Shown: positions 55,488-64,000 of the stretch, piece after piece
How the letters are laid out: every line of letters begins with the position of its first letter
Position numbering within the stretch: the stretch's first letter is position 1
Assembly: GCA_965231155.1 (NCBI GenBank)
Contig: OZ246418.1
Location: 573,710-637,709 of the forward strand
DNA: 64,000 nucleotides
Direction of reading: 5' to 3'
DNA from: an uncultured Candidatus Saccharibacteria bacterium
GTDB lineage: Bacteria; Patescibacteriota; Minisyncoccia; UBA6257; 2-01-FULL-56-20
Translations under genes and position numbers: made by a program
The notes under the pieces: generated by a model
What the model saw: the letters and a program-made list of their open reading frames with translations, nothing else
Databases searched by the model: none
What the model was told of the DNA's origin: nothing

Positions 55488-58067
55488 ATGTTTAACTTTT
55501 TAAAGAATTTTTTCCCCGATCGTTCTCTTGATGGGTTTAAGTTGGAGGTTGAAGAAATTAATGCCTTGGAAGCCGAGGTGCTTAATCTATCTAGCGCCGA
55601 ATTAAAGTCTAAGAGCGACGAATTGCGTATAAAGCTGAGAGAAGAAGGAGAAACTCCTACTTCTCGTCATCTGGCTTTTGCGTTGGTTCGGGAAGCAGCG
55701 AAAAGGACTCTCGGGCAAAGACCGTTTGATGTCCAGCTTTTGGGTGGTCTAGTTTTACACAAGGGAGCAGTGGCGGAGATGTCAACTGGAGAAGGGAAGA
55801 CGCTCTCGGCGGTGGCACCGGCTTACTTCAATGCACTTTTTGGACAAGGTGTTCATGTGGTTACTGTGAATGATTACTTGGCTCGTCGTGATGTGGCTTG
55901 GATGGGACAGGTTTATCATGCGCTAGGGCTGACTGTTTCCTGTATCGTTCCCGGTGCGGCATATATGTATGATCCAGAGTGGAAGATTCCGGAAGGTACG
56001 GGGACGATGATTGATCAGGCGAGAGATACGACGGGGAGTTTTTTGGTTCAGCAAGATTTCTTACGTCCAATTTCTCGGCGTGAGGCGTATTTGGCAGATA
56101 TCACTTACGGTACTAATCACGAGTTTGGTTTTGATTATCTCCGTGACAATTTAGTACAGAGTGTCGCTGATCAAGCACAACGACCACACTACTATGTAAT
56201 CATCGACGAGGTCGATAGTATTTTAATAGATGAAGCCCGGACACCGCTTATTATTGCGGCGCCCGATGCGCAGTCGAGCGAGTATTATAAAACTTTTGCG
56301 CGAGTGGTTCGTTACCTAGTGAAGGATGAGGATTACACGGTTGATGAGAAACTTAAAAATGTACGTATTCTTGATAGTGGTATTGAGAAAGTGGAGAAAG
56401 CTTTAAGTATTAAGAATATTTATACTCCAGAGAATCTGCGTCTTGTTCATTATCTGGAAGAAAGTTTGAAGGCGCACGCTCTTTTCCGGAAGGATAAGGA
56501 GTATGTGGTAAAGAATGGAGAGATTCTGATCGTCGACGAGTTCACTGGTCGATTGCTGCATGGTCGTCGATATAATGGAGGGTTGCATCAAGCGATTGAG
56601 GCAAAGGAGGGAGTTTTTGTGAAAGAAGAATCTCGGACATATGCCAAAATTTCCATCCAAAATTACTTCCGTCTCTACAATAAAATTGGTGGTATGACTG
56701 GTACAGCTCAGACTTCGGCCGAGGAGTTCCATAAGGTATACGAACTTGAGGTGGTGAGTATTCCCACGAATCGTCCATTGGCCAGAGAGGATATGTCTGA
56801 TGCCATATATAAGAATTCAGAAATAAAATGGAATGCTGTGGTGAATAAGGTGGAAGAACTTTATCAGAAAGGCCAACCGGTTCTTTTGGGTACGACTTCG
56901 ATTGAGAAAAACGAACTTCTTTCACGGTTGCTGAATCGGGCTGGGGTGCCCCACGAGGTTCTGAATGCCAAGAATAATGAACGCGAGGGTTCGATTGTGG
57001 CTCAGGCAGGTAGGTATAAAGCAGTTACGGTAGCGACGAATATGGCTGGTCGTGGCGTCGACGTTATTCTGGGTGGCAACCCACCGGATCCAGAGATGGC
57101 GAAAAAAGTTCGTGAGCTTGGTGGTTTGTTTGTGATTGGCACGGAACGACATGAGGCACGACGTATTGATAATCAGCTTCGGGGACGATCGGGTCGTCAG
57201 GGTGATCCTGGAGCATCTCAATTCTTCCTTTCATTAGATGATGATCTGATGAGAATTTTTGGTGGCGAACGGGTGCAGAGTTTGATGAGTCGATTTAATT
57301 TACCGGACGATTTACCTATCGATTTGCCAATGGTTTCTCGGGTAGTGAGTGAGGCTCAAGCGAAAGTGGAGGGTTCTTATTTCGATATGAGAAAGCATTT
57401 GCTTGAGTACGATGATGTCTTGAATAAACAGCGTATCGCGGTCTATAAACGTCGTAGTGAGATTTTAACTAGCTTCGAGAAGCAGGTTTTGACTGAGAAG
57501 GTTGAGGAGGCAGTGCTAGGTCAACTTGAAAAGTTTGCGAGTCAACTGGAGATAGTGGAAAATCCTCCAGAGTTTTGGGAGGAGCTCAAAACTATCTGTA
57601 TAACTGCAAAGATTATTCCTTCGGATTTTGTGTGGCCAGAGCAGGGAGATCTTGATCCAGTCCGGGAGGAGATTAAAAAGAAGGCCGAGGCAGTTGCTTC
57701 GAATCCACAAACGATTAATCAGCTTTTGGGAACTTTGGATATGCTATGGCTGAATCATCTAGAAAATAATGATGCCTTGAGTGAGTCGATTGGTCTTCGA
57801 GCATATGGTCAGCGGGATCCTTTGGTGGAGTATCGTAGGGAGAGCCATCGTTTGTTCACTGAGTTTTGGGATATGTTTAATGCTTGGGTATTTGAGAATA
57901 TTTTCCGTTTAGCGAATGATGGTGTGCAAGCAGGGAGTGCCTCTCCGATGATTCATATTCCTGCACCGAAAGAATCTTTGAAAAACGCTGATGGAGAAAA
58001 AGTAGGCCGGAATGACCCTTGTCCCTGTGGAAGCGGGAAGAAGTATAAGCACTGTCATGGGAAGTAG
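55488..58067 (+). CDS. secA: Preprotein translocase SecA
   Basis: MSTGEGKTL, VTVNDYLA, DEVDSILIDEARTPL, ATNMAGRG, SEC-C GRNDPCPCGSGKKYKHCHG. Confidence 0.98.
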   Translation: MFNFLKNFFPDRSLDGFKLEVEEINALEAEVLNLSSAELKSKSDELRIKLREEGETPTSRHLAFALVREAAKRTLGQRPFDVQLLGGLVLHKGAVAEMSTGEGKTLSAVAPAYFNALFGQGVHVVTVNDYLARRDVAWMGQVYHALGLTVSCIVPGAAYMYDPEWKIPEGTGTMIDQARDTTGSFLVQQDFLRPISRREAYLADITYGTNHEFGFDYLRDNLVQSVADQAQRPHYYVIIDEVDSILIDEARTPLIIAAPDAQSSEYYKTFARVVRYLVKDEDYTVDEKLKNVRILDSGIEKVEKALSIKNIYTPENLRLVHYLEESLKAHALFRKDKEYVVKNGEILIVDEFTGRLLHGRRYNGGLHQAIEAKEGVFVKEESRTYAKISIQNYFRLYNKIGGMTGTAQTSAEEFHKVYELEVVSIPTNRPLAREDMSDAIYKNSEIKWNAVVNKVEELYQKGQPVLLGTTSIEKNELLSRLLNRAGVPHEVLNAKNNEREGSIVAQAGRYKAVTVATNMAGRGVDVILGGNPPDPEMAKKVRELGGLFVIGTERHEARRIDNQLRGRSGRQGDPGASQFFLSLDDDLMRIFGGERVQSLMSRFNLPDDLPIDLPMVSRVVSEAQAKVEGSYFDMRKHLLEYDDVLNKQRIAVYKRRSEILTSFEKQVLTEKVEEAVLGQLEKFASQLEIVENPPEFWEELKTICITAKIIPSDFVWPEQGDLDPVREEIKKKAEAVASNPQTINQLLGTLDMLWLNHLENNDALSESIGLRAYGQRDPLVEYRRESHRLFTEFWDMFNAWVFENIFRLANDGVQAGSASPMIHIPAPKESLKNADGEKVGRNDPCPCGSGKKYKHCHGK

Positions 58068-58335
58068 ATCGAAAATTATAAAGAAGAAAACGTGGTTGGG
58101 TTATTTTGATGATGTTCTCTCGGGGAAAAAGAACTATGATTTGCGTCTCAACGATTTTGAGATAAATGAAGGGGATACTTTAGTTCTTGAGGAGTGGGAT
58201 CAGAATAACCAGACCTATACAGGGAGGAGTGTTGAGAAAAAAGTGGCGTATGTCGGAAAGTTTGACCTAGATAAACTTTTTTGGTCCAAGAAGGAGATTG
58301 AAGAAAAGGGTATTCAGATTATCTCTTTGGAATGA
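58057..58335 (+). CDS. DUF3850/ASCH-like protein
   Basis: KTW..YF..VLSGKKN.DLR.ND....GD.L.L.EWD....YTGR. Confidence 0.8.
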   Translation: MGSRSKIIKKKTWLGYFDDVLSGKKNYDLRLNDFEINEGDTLVLEEWDQNNQTYTGRSVEKKVAYVGKFDLDKLFWSKKEIEEKGIQIISLE

Positions 58336-58339
58336 CGAG

Positions 58340-58807
58340 ATGAAGGAAAGCAAATTCAAGCCAAAAGTGGGACAGATTGATTATACGCATGCACGTTGGG
58401 CGCCTGTGGTAAATTGTGTTCTGCATTACAAGGGGAAGGTTCTTTTGGTTCAGCGCAGTACCGAATTGAATTTTTATCCTGGTTACTGGAGTGGGGTTTC
58501 TGGATTCCTTGATGACAAGAGAAGTTTGAGCCAGAAAATAGCAGATGAAATTAAGGAGGAGGTTGGAATCTCTAGGAATAAGATTGGGCAGATTCAGTTG
58601 GGTCGAATATTCGATCAAGAGGAGTTCAAGTACAAGAAAACTTGGATAATGCATCCTGCCCTAGTTGAGGTCAAAAGTGATAAGATTAAACTTAATTGGG
58701 AGGCAGAAGATTATGCGTGGTTGACTCCGAAGGAAGCAAAAAAGTTTAAGTTATTACCTGGATTCGAGGAGGTTTTGAAGAGTTTAGTTTCTTTAATGTC
58801 GAGATAA
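58340..58807 (+). CDS. NUDIX hydrolase (degenerate box)
   Basis: VLLVQRS, YPGYW..VSG, EIKEEVG, LNWEA..YAW. Confidence 0.85.
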   Translation: MKESKFKPKVGQIDYTHARWAPVVNCVLHYKGKVLLVQRSTELNFYPGYWSGVSGFLDDKRSLSQKIADEIKEEVGISRNKIGQIQLGRIFDQEEFKYKKTWIMHPALVEVKSDKIKLNWEAEDYAWLTPKEAKKFKLLPGFEEVLKSLVSLMSR

Positions 58808-58817
58808 AATATCTTTT

Positions 58818-59243
58818 ATGGAAAATCAAATCATACTGCAAGTTGGAGTGAAGGCATTACTGAAAAACAAGGAAGGAAAGTATTTATTGTTACGACGCTC
58901 ACTCGAGAAATATCCGGATATTCAGGGGCGGTGGGATATTGTTGGTGGGCGAATCGACCCGGGAACGACGCTTTTGGCAAACCTTCAGAGGGAGGTTAGT
59001 GAAGAGACGGGTTTACGTTTGGTCGGTGAACCTCAGTTAGTTGCTGCTCAGGATATTATGAGAAGTCCGGGCAAGCACGTGGTTCGTTTGACTTATATTG
59101 GCGAAGTAGAGGGGGATCTTGTGCTTGATGTGACCGAGAATGATAAAAGTGAGTGGTACAGTTGGGAAGATATTGTGAAAGTTGAAGATCTGGATGTGTA
59201 TTTCAAGGAGATCCTTGGTTTGATTGGCGGCCATCTAAGGTGA
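58818..59243 (+). CDS. NUDIX hydrolase
   Basis: YLLLRR, WDIVGGRIDPG...QREVSEETGL. Confidence 0.9.
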   Translation: MENQIILQVGVKALLKNKEGKYLLLRRSLEKYPDIQGRWDIVGGRIDPGTTLLANLQREVSEETGLRLVGEPQLVAAQDIMRSPGKHVVRLTYIGEVEGDLVLDVTENDKSEWYSWEDIVKVEDLDVYFKEILGLIGGHLR

Positions 59244-59249
59244 TCTTTT

Positions 59250-59954
59250 ATGCTGTTCTCTTTCTCTGTATTGAGTAGCCGCGAAGAGATAAGGTGTGGT
59301 TTTTCGAACCGTCGAGATGGTTCGATGCATCGGCACTTGGAAAAGGAGAATCGAGAAATTTATTTCAAGAAAATAGGAATCGATCCTAATCGAGTTGTTA
59401 CGCCAGATTTGGTTCATAAGACAAAGGTTGTGGTTGTTACAAGCGAAGAGGCTGGCCAAATTATCTCCGATACTGATGGTTTGATTACCGAGGAGAAGAA
59501 TTTATTTCTGACCGCAACCGCTGCCGATTGTTTTATTATTTATTTTTACGATCCCGTGCGACGAGTGGTTGGTATTGCTCATGCAGGTTGGCGAGGAATA
59601 ATGGCCGATATATCTAGGGAGATGATTTCGAAGATGAGCGAGCGTTTTGAGGTGAATCCTGGGGATTTATTAGTTGGTATTAGTCCGGGGATTCAGAAAT
59701 GTCATTTTGGGATTAGCGCAATGGATAAAGAGAAGTATTCTATCTATCCGAGGTTTATTTTTGAGAGAAATGGTAAGGTTTTTGTCGATTTAACGGCTAT
59801 TCTTAAGGATCAATTACAGTCTTTAGGTGTAGCGGAATCTCAGATAGAAGATTCTGGTATCTGCACGTATTGTGAGGAACGGGATTATTTTTCTTATCGT
59901 CGAGACAAGCCGAAAGAGGTTCAACCGATGGTTGGATATATTGGCTTGGTCTAA
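59250..59954 (+). CDS. pgeF: PgeF/YfiH family (purine nucleoside phosphorylase-like, peptidoglycan editing factor)
   Basis: VH, DGLIT, ADC, HAGWRG, CT.C, FSYRR. Confidence 0.9.
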   Translation: MLFSFSVLSSREEIRCGFSNRRDGSMHRHLEKENREIYFKKIGIDPNRVVTPDLVHKTKVVVVTSEEAGQIISDTDGLITEEKNLFLTATAADCFIIYFYDPVRRVVGIAHAGWRGIMADISREMISKMSERFEVNPGDLLVGISPGIQKCHFGISAMDKEKYSIYPRFIFERNGKVFVDLTAILKDQLQSLGVAESQIEDSGICTYCEERDYFSYRRDKPKEVQPMVGYIGLV

Positions 59955-60029
59955 TCTTCAGATTGGGATTTGCCGAAATGAATGGCCTTAGGGTAGACTG
60001 AGTTGTCGAGCTTTTAGATCTTTATCATA

Positions 60030-60740
60030 ATGGTCCAGATGAATAGAAACTCATTCATTGTAGGTTTTGTTGTCCTTGTGATTGTGGTGGGTGGAATTTC
60101 TCTTTTATCCTATAAGGGTGAATCGGGGAAAGGAATGATGGGTGATGACGAAGGAGTCGGAGGAAGGATCGATAACTACTCAACAGAATCATCAACAGTA
60201 GCGACGGGGGTCGTACCGACTCAGAAAACAGATACCACGGTAACGTCAACTATAAAAAATAAAATGAACTATATTACGTTAAACACCAGTTTAGGAGCGA
60301 TTAAGTTTCAGACCTATGACGCTGATGCGCCAAAAACTGTTCAGAATTTTATCACGCTGGCGAATAAAGGTTTCTATAATGGCGTTATTTTCCACCGGGT
60401 TATTAAAGATTTCATGATTCAGGGTGGTGATCCAACAGGTACGGGTATGGGCGGGCCTGGGTATCAGTTTGAGGATGAGCTAAATCCTGCGACCCCTTCC
60501 TATAAGGAAGGTTATAAGAAAGGTGTGGTAGCTATGGCTAATGCCGGACCAAATACAAATGGGAGTCAGTTCTTTATTATGCTTGCTGATACACCGCTCC
60601 CCAATGCCTATACCATTTTCGGGAAAGTGGTGGCTGGTCAGGAGGTGGTAGACAAGATTGGTGATGTGCAGACCGGACCCCAGGATCGTCCAGTTACTCC
60701 AGTAACTATCAATTCGGTAGTTGTTGAGGAGGTTAAGTAA
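60030..60740 (+). CDS. Cyclophilin-type peptidyl-prolyl isomerase with N-terminal membrane anchor
   Basis: APKTVQNF, FHRVIKDFMIQGGDP, AMANAGPNTNGSQFFI, YTIFG. Confidence 0.95.
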   Translation: MVQMNRNSFIVGFVVLVIVVGGISLLSYKGESGKGMMGDDEGVGGRIDNYSTESSTVATGVVPTQKTDTTVTSTIKNKMNYITLNTSLGAIKFQTYDADAPKTVQNFITLANKGFYNGVIFHRVIKDFMIQGGDPTGTGMGGPGYQFEDELNPATPSYKEGYKKGVVAMANAGPNTNGSQFFIMLADTPLPNAYTIFGKVVAGQEVVDKIGDVQTGPQDRPVTPVTINSVVVEEVK

Positions 60741-60748
60741 GGCAGTAA

Positions 60749-61663
60749 ATGAAGGCACTCTCAGTTTCTAATCTCATTAAAACCTACCCGACGGGCGCGC
60801 AAGCCCTTAAGGGAATTAGCCTCGAAATTGAGGAGGGTGATTTTTTTGCGCTCTTAGGACCGAACGGTGCGGGAAAAACAACGCTGATTGGTATTACTGC
60901 TGGGTTAACAAATAAAACAAGTGGTACGGTTCGAGTTTTTGGCAGAGATATTGATCAGTCTGGTGATGAGGCGAAGTCATTCATTGGTCTAGTACCTCAG
61001 GAGATGAATTTTAGTATTTTCGAGAAACCAATTGATATTGTGGTCAATCAGGCTGGATATTATGGGATTCCTAGGACTGTGGCTACAAAAGATGCCGAGA
61101 GGTATCTGAAACAGCTTGGTCTTTGGGAGAAACGAAATGACCCTTCGCGGACTTTGTCTGGAGGAATGAAGCGGCGGTTAATGATTGCTCGGGCCTTAAT
61201 CCATCATCCCAGACTTTTGATTCTTGATGAACCAACTGCGGGTGTGGATATTGAACTGCGCCGTGGTATGTGGGATTTTCTGCAGGAGCTCACTAAGGAG
61301 AAGGGGATCACAATTATTCTTACTACTCATTATCTCGAGGAGGCGGAACAGTTGTGTAAGAATGTAGCGATTATCAACAAAGGGCAAATTGTTGAACAGG
61401 GGAGTATGGTTGAGGTGTTGGGTCGGTTAGATAAGGAGACTTTTATTTTCTATCTCAAAAATTCTTTGGAGCAATCCGCGCTGGAGTCATTACAGAAATA
61501 CCATCCTAAGTTAGTTGATGAAAAAACTTTAGAGGCGAGTTTGCAGACTGGTCAGATTCTGAGTGATCTCATGAGGGAGTTGGGAAATCATCAGATTGAG
61601 GTGGTAAGTATGCGGAACAAGTCGAACCGCCTTGAAGAGGTTTTTATGAATTTTACTTCCTAA
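60749..61663 (+). CDS. ABC-2 transporter ATP-binding protein (YadG-like)
   Basis: GPNGAGKTT, LSGGMKRR, LDEPTAGVD, TTHYLEEAE. Confidence 0.95.
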   Translation: MKALSVSNLIKTYPTGAQALKGISLEIEEGDFFALLGPNGAGKTTLIGITAGLTNKTSGTVRVFGRDIDQSGDEAKSFIGLVPQEMNFSIFEKPIDIVVNQAGYYGIPRTVATKDAERYLKQLGLWEKRNDPSRTLSGGMKRRLMIARALIHHPRLLILDEPTAGVDIELRRGMWDFLQELTKEKGITIILTTHYLEEAEQLCKNVAIINKGQIVEQGSMVEVLGRLDKETFIFYLKNSLEQSALESLQKYHPKLVDEKTLEASLQTGQILSDLMRELGNHQIEVVSMRNKSNRLEEVFMNFTS

Positions 61664-61664
61664 T

Positions 61665-62438
61665 ATGAGCTGGAAAAGAATTCTGATCTCGTATCTCACC
61701 ATTGTGCGGAAGGAAACCACTCGTTTCTTTCGAATCTGGACACAGACGATGTTGCCATCAGTCGTTACTTCCGTTTTGTATTTCTTAATTTTCGGGGCAT
61801 TTATTGGTTCTCAGGTTCAGCCGATTAGCGGACTGTCTTATATGCAGTTCATCATTCCTGGCTTAGTGATGATGGCGGTGATTACCAACTCATTTTCTAA
61901 TGTGGTTGGTTCTTTCTTTGGTTCGAAGTTTATGAAAAACATTGAGGAGCTGATGGTATCGCCAACGCCAACGTGGGTGGTGATTGCTGGTTTCACAACT
62001 GGTGGTGTACTTCGTGGAGTAGTGGTGGGTGGGTTGGTTCTCGGCGTCTCTCTTTTTTTCACGAGTCTTTCGATTTTACATCTGGGTCTGGTAGTCTTAT
62101 TTATGATTCTGACCGCTTTGCTTTTCTCTTTAGCCGGATTATTTAACGCGCTTTTTGCCAGAAATTTTGACGAGATTTCGATTATTCCGGTTTTCGTGCT
62201 TACTCCATTAACCTATCTTGGAGGAGTGTTTTATTCGGTCAACGCCTTGCCTGAGTTCTGGCGGATGATTTCGCATCTGAATCCGATTCTCTATATGGTC
62301 AATGGGTTCCGGTATGGCTTCTTTGGGATCTCTGATGTGAATGTGGTGACTAGCTTGATTATCCTAGTGATCATGAATGCGATTCTCCTTTCTATCGATT
62401 GGTATTTGATTCATAAGGGGACCGGGCTAAAGAGTTAG
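61665..62438 (+). CDS. ABC-2 transporter permease (YadH-like)
   Basis: RIWTQT, YMQFIIPGL, LTPLTYLGGVFYS, NPILYMVNGFR. Confidence 0.93.
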   Translation: MSWKRILISYLTIVRKETTRFFRIWTQTMLPSVVTSVLYFLIFGAFIGSQVQPISGLSYMQFIIPGLVMMAVITNSFSNVVGSFFGSKFMKNIEELMVSPTPTWVVIAGFTTGGVLRGVVVGGLVLGVSLFFTSLSILHLGLVVLFMILTALLFSLAGLFNALFARNFDEISIIPVFVLTPLTYLGGVFYSVNALPEFWRMISHLNPILYMVNGFRYGFFGISDVNVVTSLIILVIMNAILLSIDWYLIHKGTGLKS

Positions 62439-62609
62439 ATAGAGAAAACTTATACTATTGGTAGCTATTGCTTTTTTTAGTGGATATGGTATAGTACCAA
62501 ATGTAAGTGTTTTCTCGAGGCGTTTCGTTCCCCGTGCTTCATTATGTAAGCCGATGGAATAGGTAGCCGTAAAGAGAAGGAGGTCGCCTTACATAACGAC
62601 GTACGAACA

Positions 62610-62900
62610 ATGGCAAAAAGATTATATGTGGGTGGACTGCCTTATTCTACCAATGATGCAGAGCTTAAGGACGCATTTATGCGCGCCGGAAGCGTTGAAT
62701 CAGCAACGGTAATCATGGATAAGATGACAGGTCGCTCAAAGGGTTTTGGTTTCGTGGAAATGTCTAACGACGAGGAAGCTGATAAGGCCATCGAGATGTG
62801 GAATGGCCAGGAGCTTGGTGGTCGCAGACTGACTGTGAACGAAGCCCGTCCAATGGAGGCTCGCGCCCCAAGGACAGGTGGTTACGGAATGCGAAACTAG
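62610..62900 (+). CDS. RRM-domain RNA-binding protein (Rbp-like)
   Basis: RNP2 LYVGGL, RNP1 KGFGFVEM, LTVNEARP. Confidence 0.95.
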   Translation: MAKRLYVGGLPYSTNDAELKDAFMRAGSVESATVIMDKMTGRSKGFGFVEMSNDEEADKAIEMWNGQELGGRRLTVNEARPMEARAPRTGGYGMRN

Positions 62901-62921
62901 TTTTCGTTTCTGTATCACTAC

Positions 62922-62952
62922 AAAGAACTCCGGATAATACCGGGGTTTTTTG
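62922..62952 (+). terminator. Intrinsic terminator after RRM gene
   Basis: AACTCCGG-ATAATA-CCGGGGTT plus T-run. Confidence 0.75.
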
Positions 62953-63043
62953 TTTTAATACTGCTCTTGCGGAGAGTCTCATTTTCTGATATAGTTGGCT
63001 CGCAAAGTAGAGATAGTCACTGCTTTCGGGCAGATTTTTTATT

Positions 63044-64000
63044 ATGAAAAAAGTTAGAAACATTGCTATTATCGCGCACGTTGACCACGGAAAGACCACT
63101 TTGGTGGACGCTTTGTTGCGTCAGTCGAAGACGAAGATGAAGAAGGAAGTTTCTGGGGCTGACTTGATTATGGACTCGAACGAACTTGAAAAAGAGCGTG
63201 GCATTACAATTTTTTCCAAGAATGCGTCGGTTGATTGGCAGGGAACGAAGATCAACATTATCGATACGCCTGGTCACGCTGATTTCGGTGGCGAGGTAGA
63301 ACGTGTGCTCACGATGGCTGATGGTTGTTTGCTTTTGATTGATGCGAAAGAAGGTCCAATGCCGCAAACGCGTTTCGTGTTGCGTCGAGCCTTGGCCATG
63401 AAGCACAAGATCGTGGTGGTGGTGAATAAGATTGATAAACCAGACGCACGGATCGCACATGTCCTGGATAAGACCATCGATCTCTTTTTGGAGTTGGGTG
63501 GGGAGAACGTAGATATCGATTTTCCTGTTATTTATGCGTCGGCAAAACAGGGTTTGGCGGGGCTTGAGCCGGATCTTTCGAAGATGACGGATATTTCGCC
63601 AATTTTTGATATTGTGCTCAAAGAAATTCCTGAGCCAACTGGTGATCCGACGAAGCCAATGCAGATGCATATCACGACTATCTCTGGCGATGACTTCAAA
63701 GGAAGAATCGCGACTGGCCGTGTGGTGAACGGTGTGATGAAAGCTGGTGGTGAAGTCATGCACATTAACCGAGAGGGCAAGATGAAGAAGTGCCGTCTCG
63801 TCTCTTTGATGACGTTTGAGGGGTTGGAGAGGCTTGATGTCAAAGAAGTTTCGGCTGGGGACATCGCCGCTATTTCGGGAATTCCTGAGATTACGATTGG
63901 GGAAACTTTGGCGGATGTGAACTCACCAGTGGCGTTGCCATTATTGGATATTGAGGAGCCAACAGTGAAGATGACGTTTATGATTAACGACTCACCGTTC
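63044..64000 (+). CDS. typA: Translational GTPase TypA/BipA (5' part, runs off the window)
   Basis: [59 protein letters not shown]. Confidence 0.96.
   Translation, partial: MKKVRNIAIIAHVDHGKTTLVDALLRQSKTKMKKEVSGADLIMDSNELEKERGITIFSKNASVDWQGTKINIIDTPGHADFGGEVERVLTMADGCLLLIDAKEGPMPQTRFVLRRALAMKHKIVVVVNKIDKPDARIAHVLDKTIDLFLELGGENVDIDFPVIYASAKQGLAGLEPDLSKMTDISPIFDIVLKEIPEPTGDPTKPMQMHITTISGDDFKGRIATGRVVNGVMKAGGEVMHINREGKMKKCRLVSLMTFEGLERLDVKEVSAGDIAAISGIPEITIGETLADVNSPVALPLLDIEEPTVKMTFMINDSPF

Noticed and set aside
63017-63864. Long minus-strand ORFs (248, 110, 67 aa) and similar antisense ORFs throughout the window
   Set aside because: Shadow frames of recognised genes (typA here; also dnaE, secA, gyrB, rplL) with no motifs.
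1-64000. CRISPR array or cas genes
   Set aside because: No regularly spaced repeat-spacer series and no Cas-like ORF seen.
1-64000. Alternative genetic code (TGA recoded, as in Gracilibacteria/SR1)
   Set aside because: Conserved genes are intact under code 11 and several end correctly at TGA.

Overview
Core-genome window from a small-genome bacterium, very likely Patescibacteria (CPR, Parcubacteria-like), using genetic code 11 with most genes on the + strand. It holds two clusters of secreted fibre/adhesin-like genes (0-3.5 kb, 42.8-46.1 kb) and a type IV pilus locus (pilO, major pilin, pilB, pilC, minor pilins, pilM-pilN fusion). It also has many housekeeping genes (recG, pth, lepB, hisS, rpsU, ybeY, ftsA, ftsZ, rmuC, gyrB, secE-nusG-rplK, gatB, miaA, thrS, serS, dnaE, rpmG, rplJ-rplL, mraZ-rsmH-ftsL-ftsI-murF, tpiA, murB, hpf, secA, typA) and 9 tRNA genes. 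No CRISPR array, integrase, transposase or reverse transcriptase is visible. The most unusual signals are non-coding. (1) A recurrent AGGTCG motif lies 17-33 nt upstream of leadered genes, mostly without a canonical SD, and is base-paired away in two structured leaders. (2) Many genes look leaderless, and three start 4-6 nt after a tRNA. (3) A promoter-to-terminator ~70-nt sRNA is complementary to the loop of a rod hairpin in the murB leader. (4) A ~186-bp hairpin-rich element duplicates the tRNA-Glu 3' end. (5) A 26-aa histone-H1-like peptide gene is missed by the ORF track. All calls are by eye; no database searches were run.
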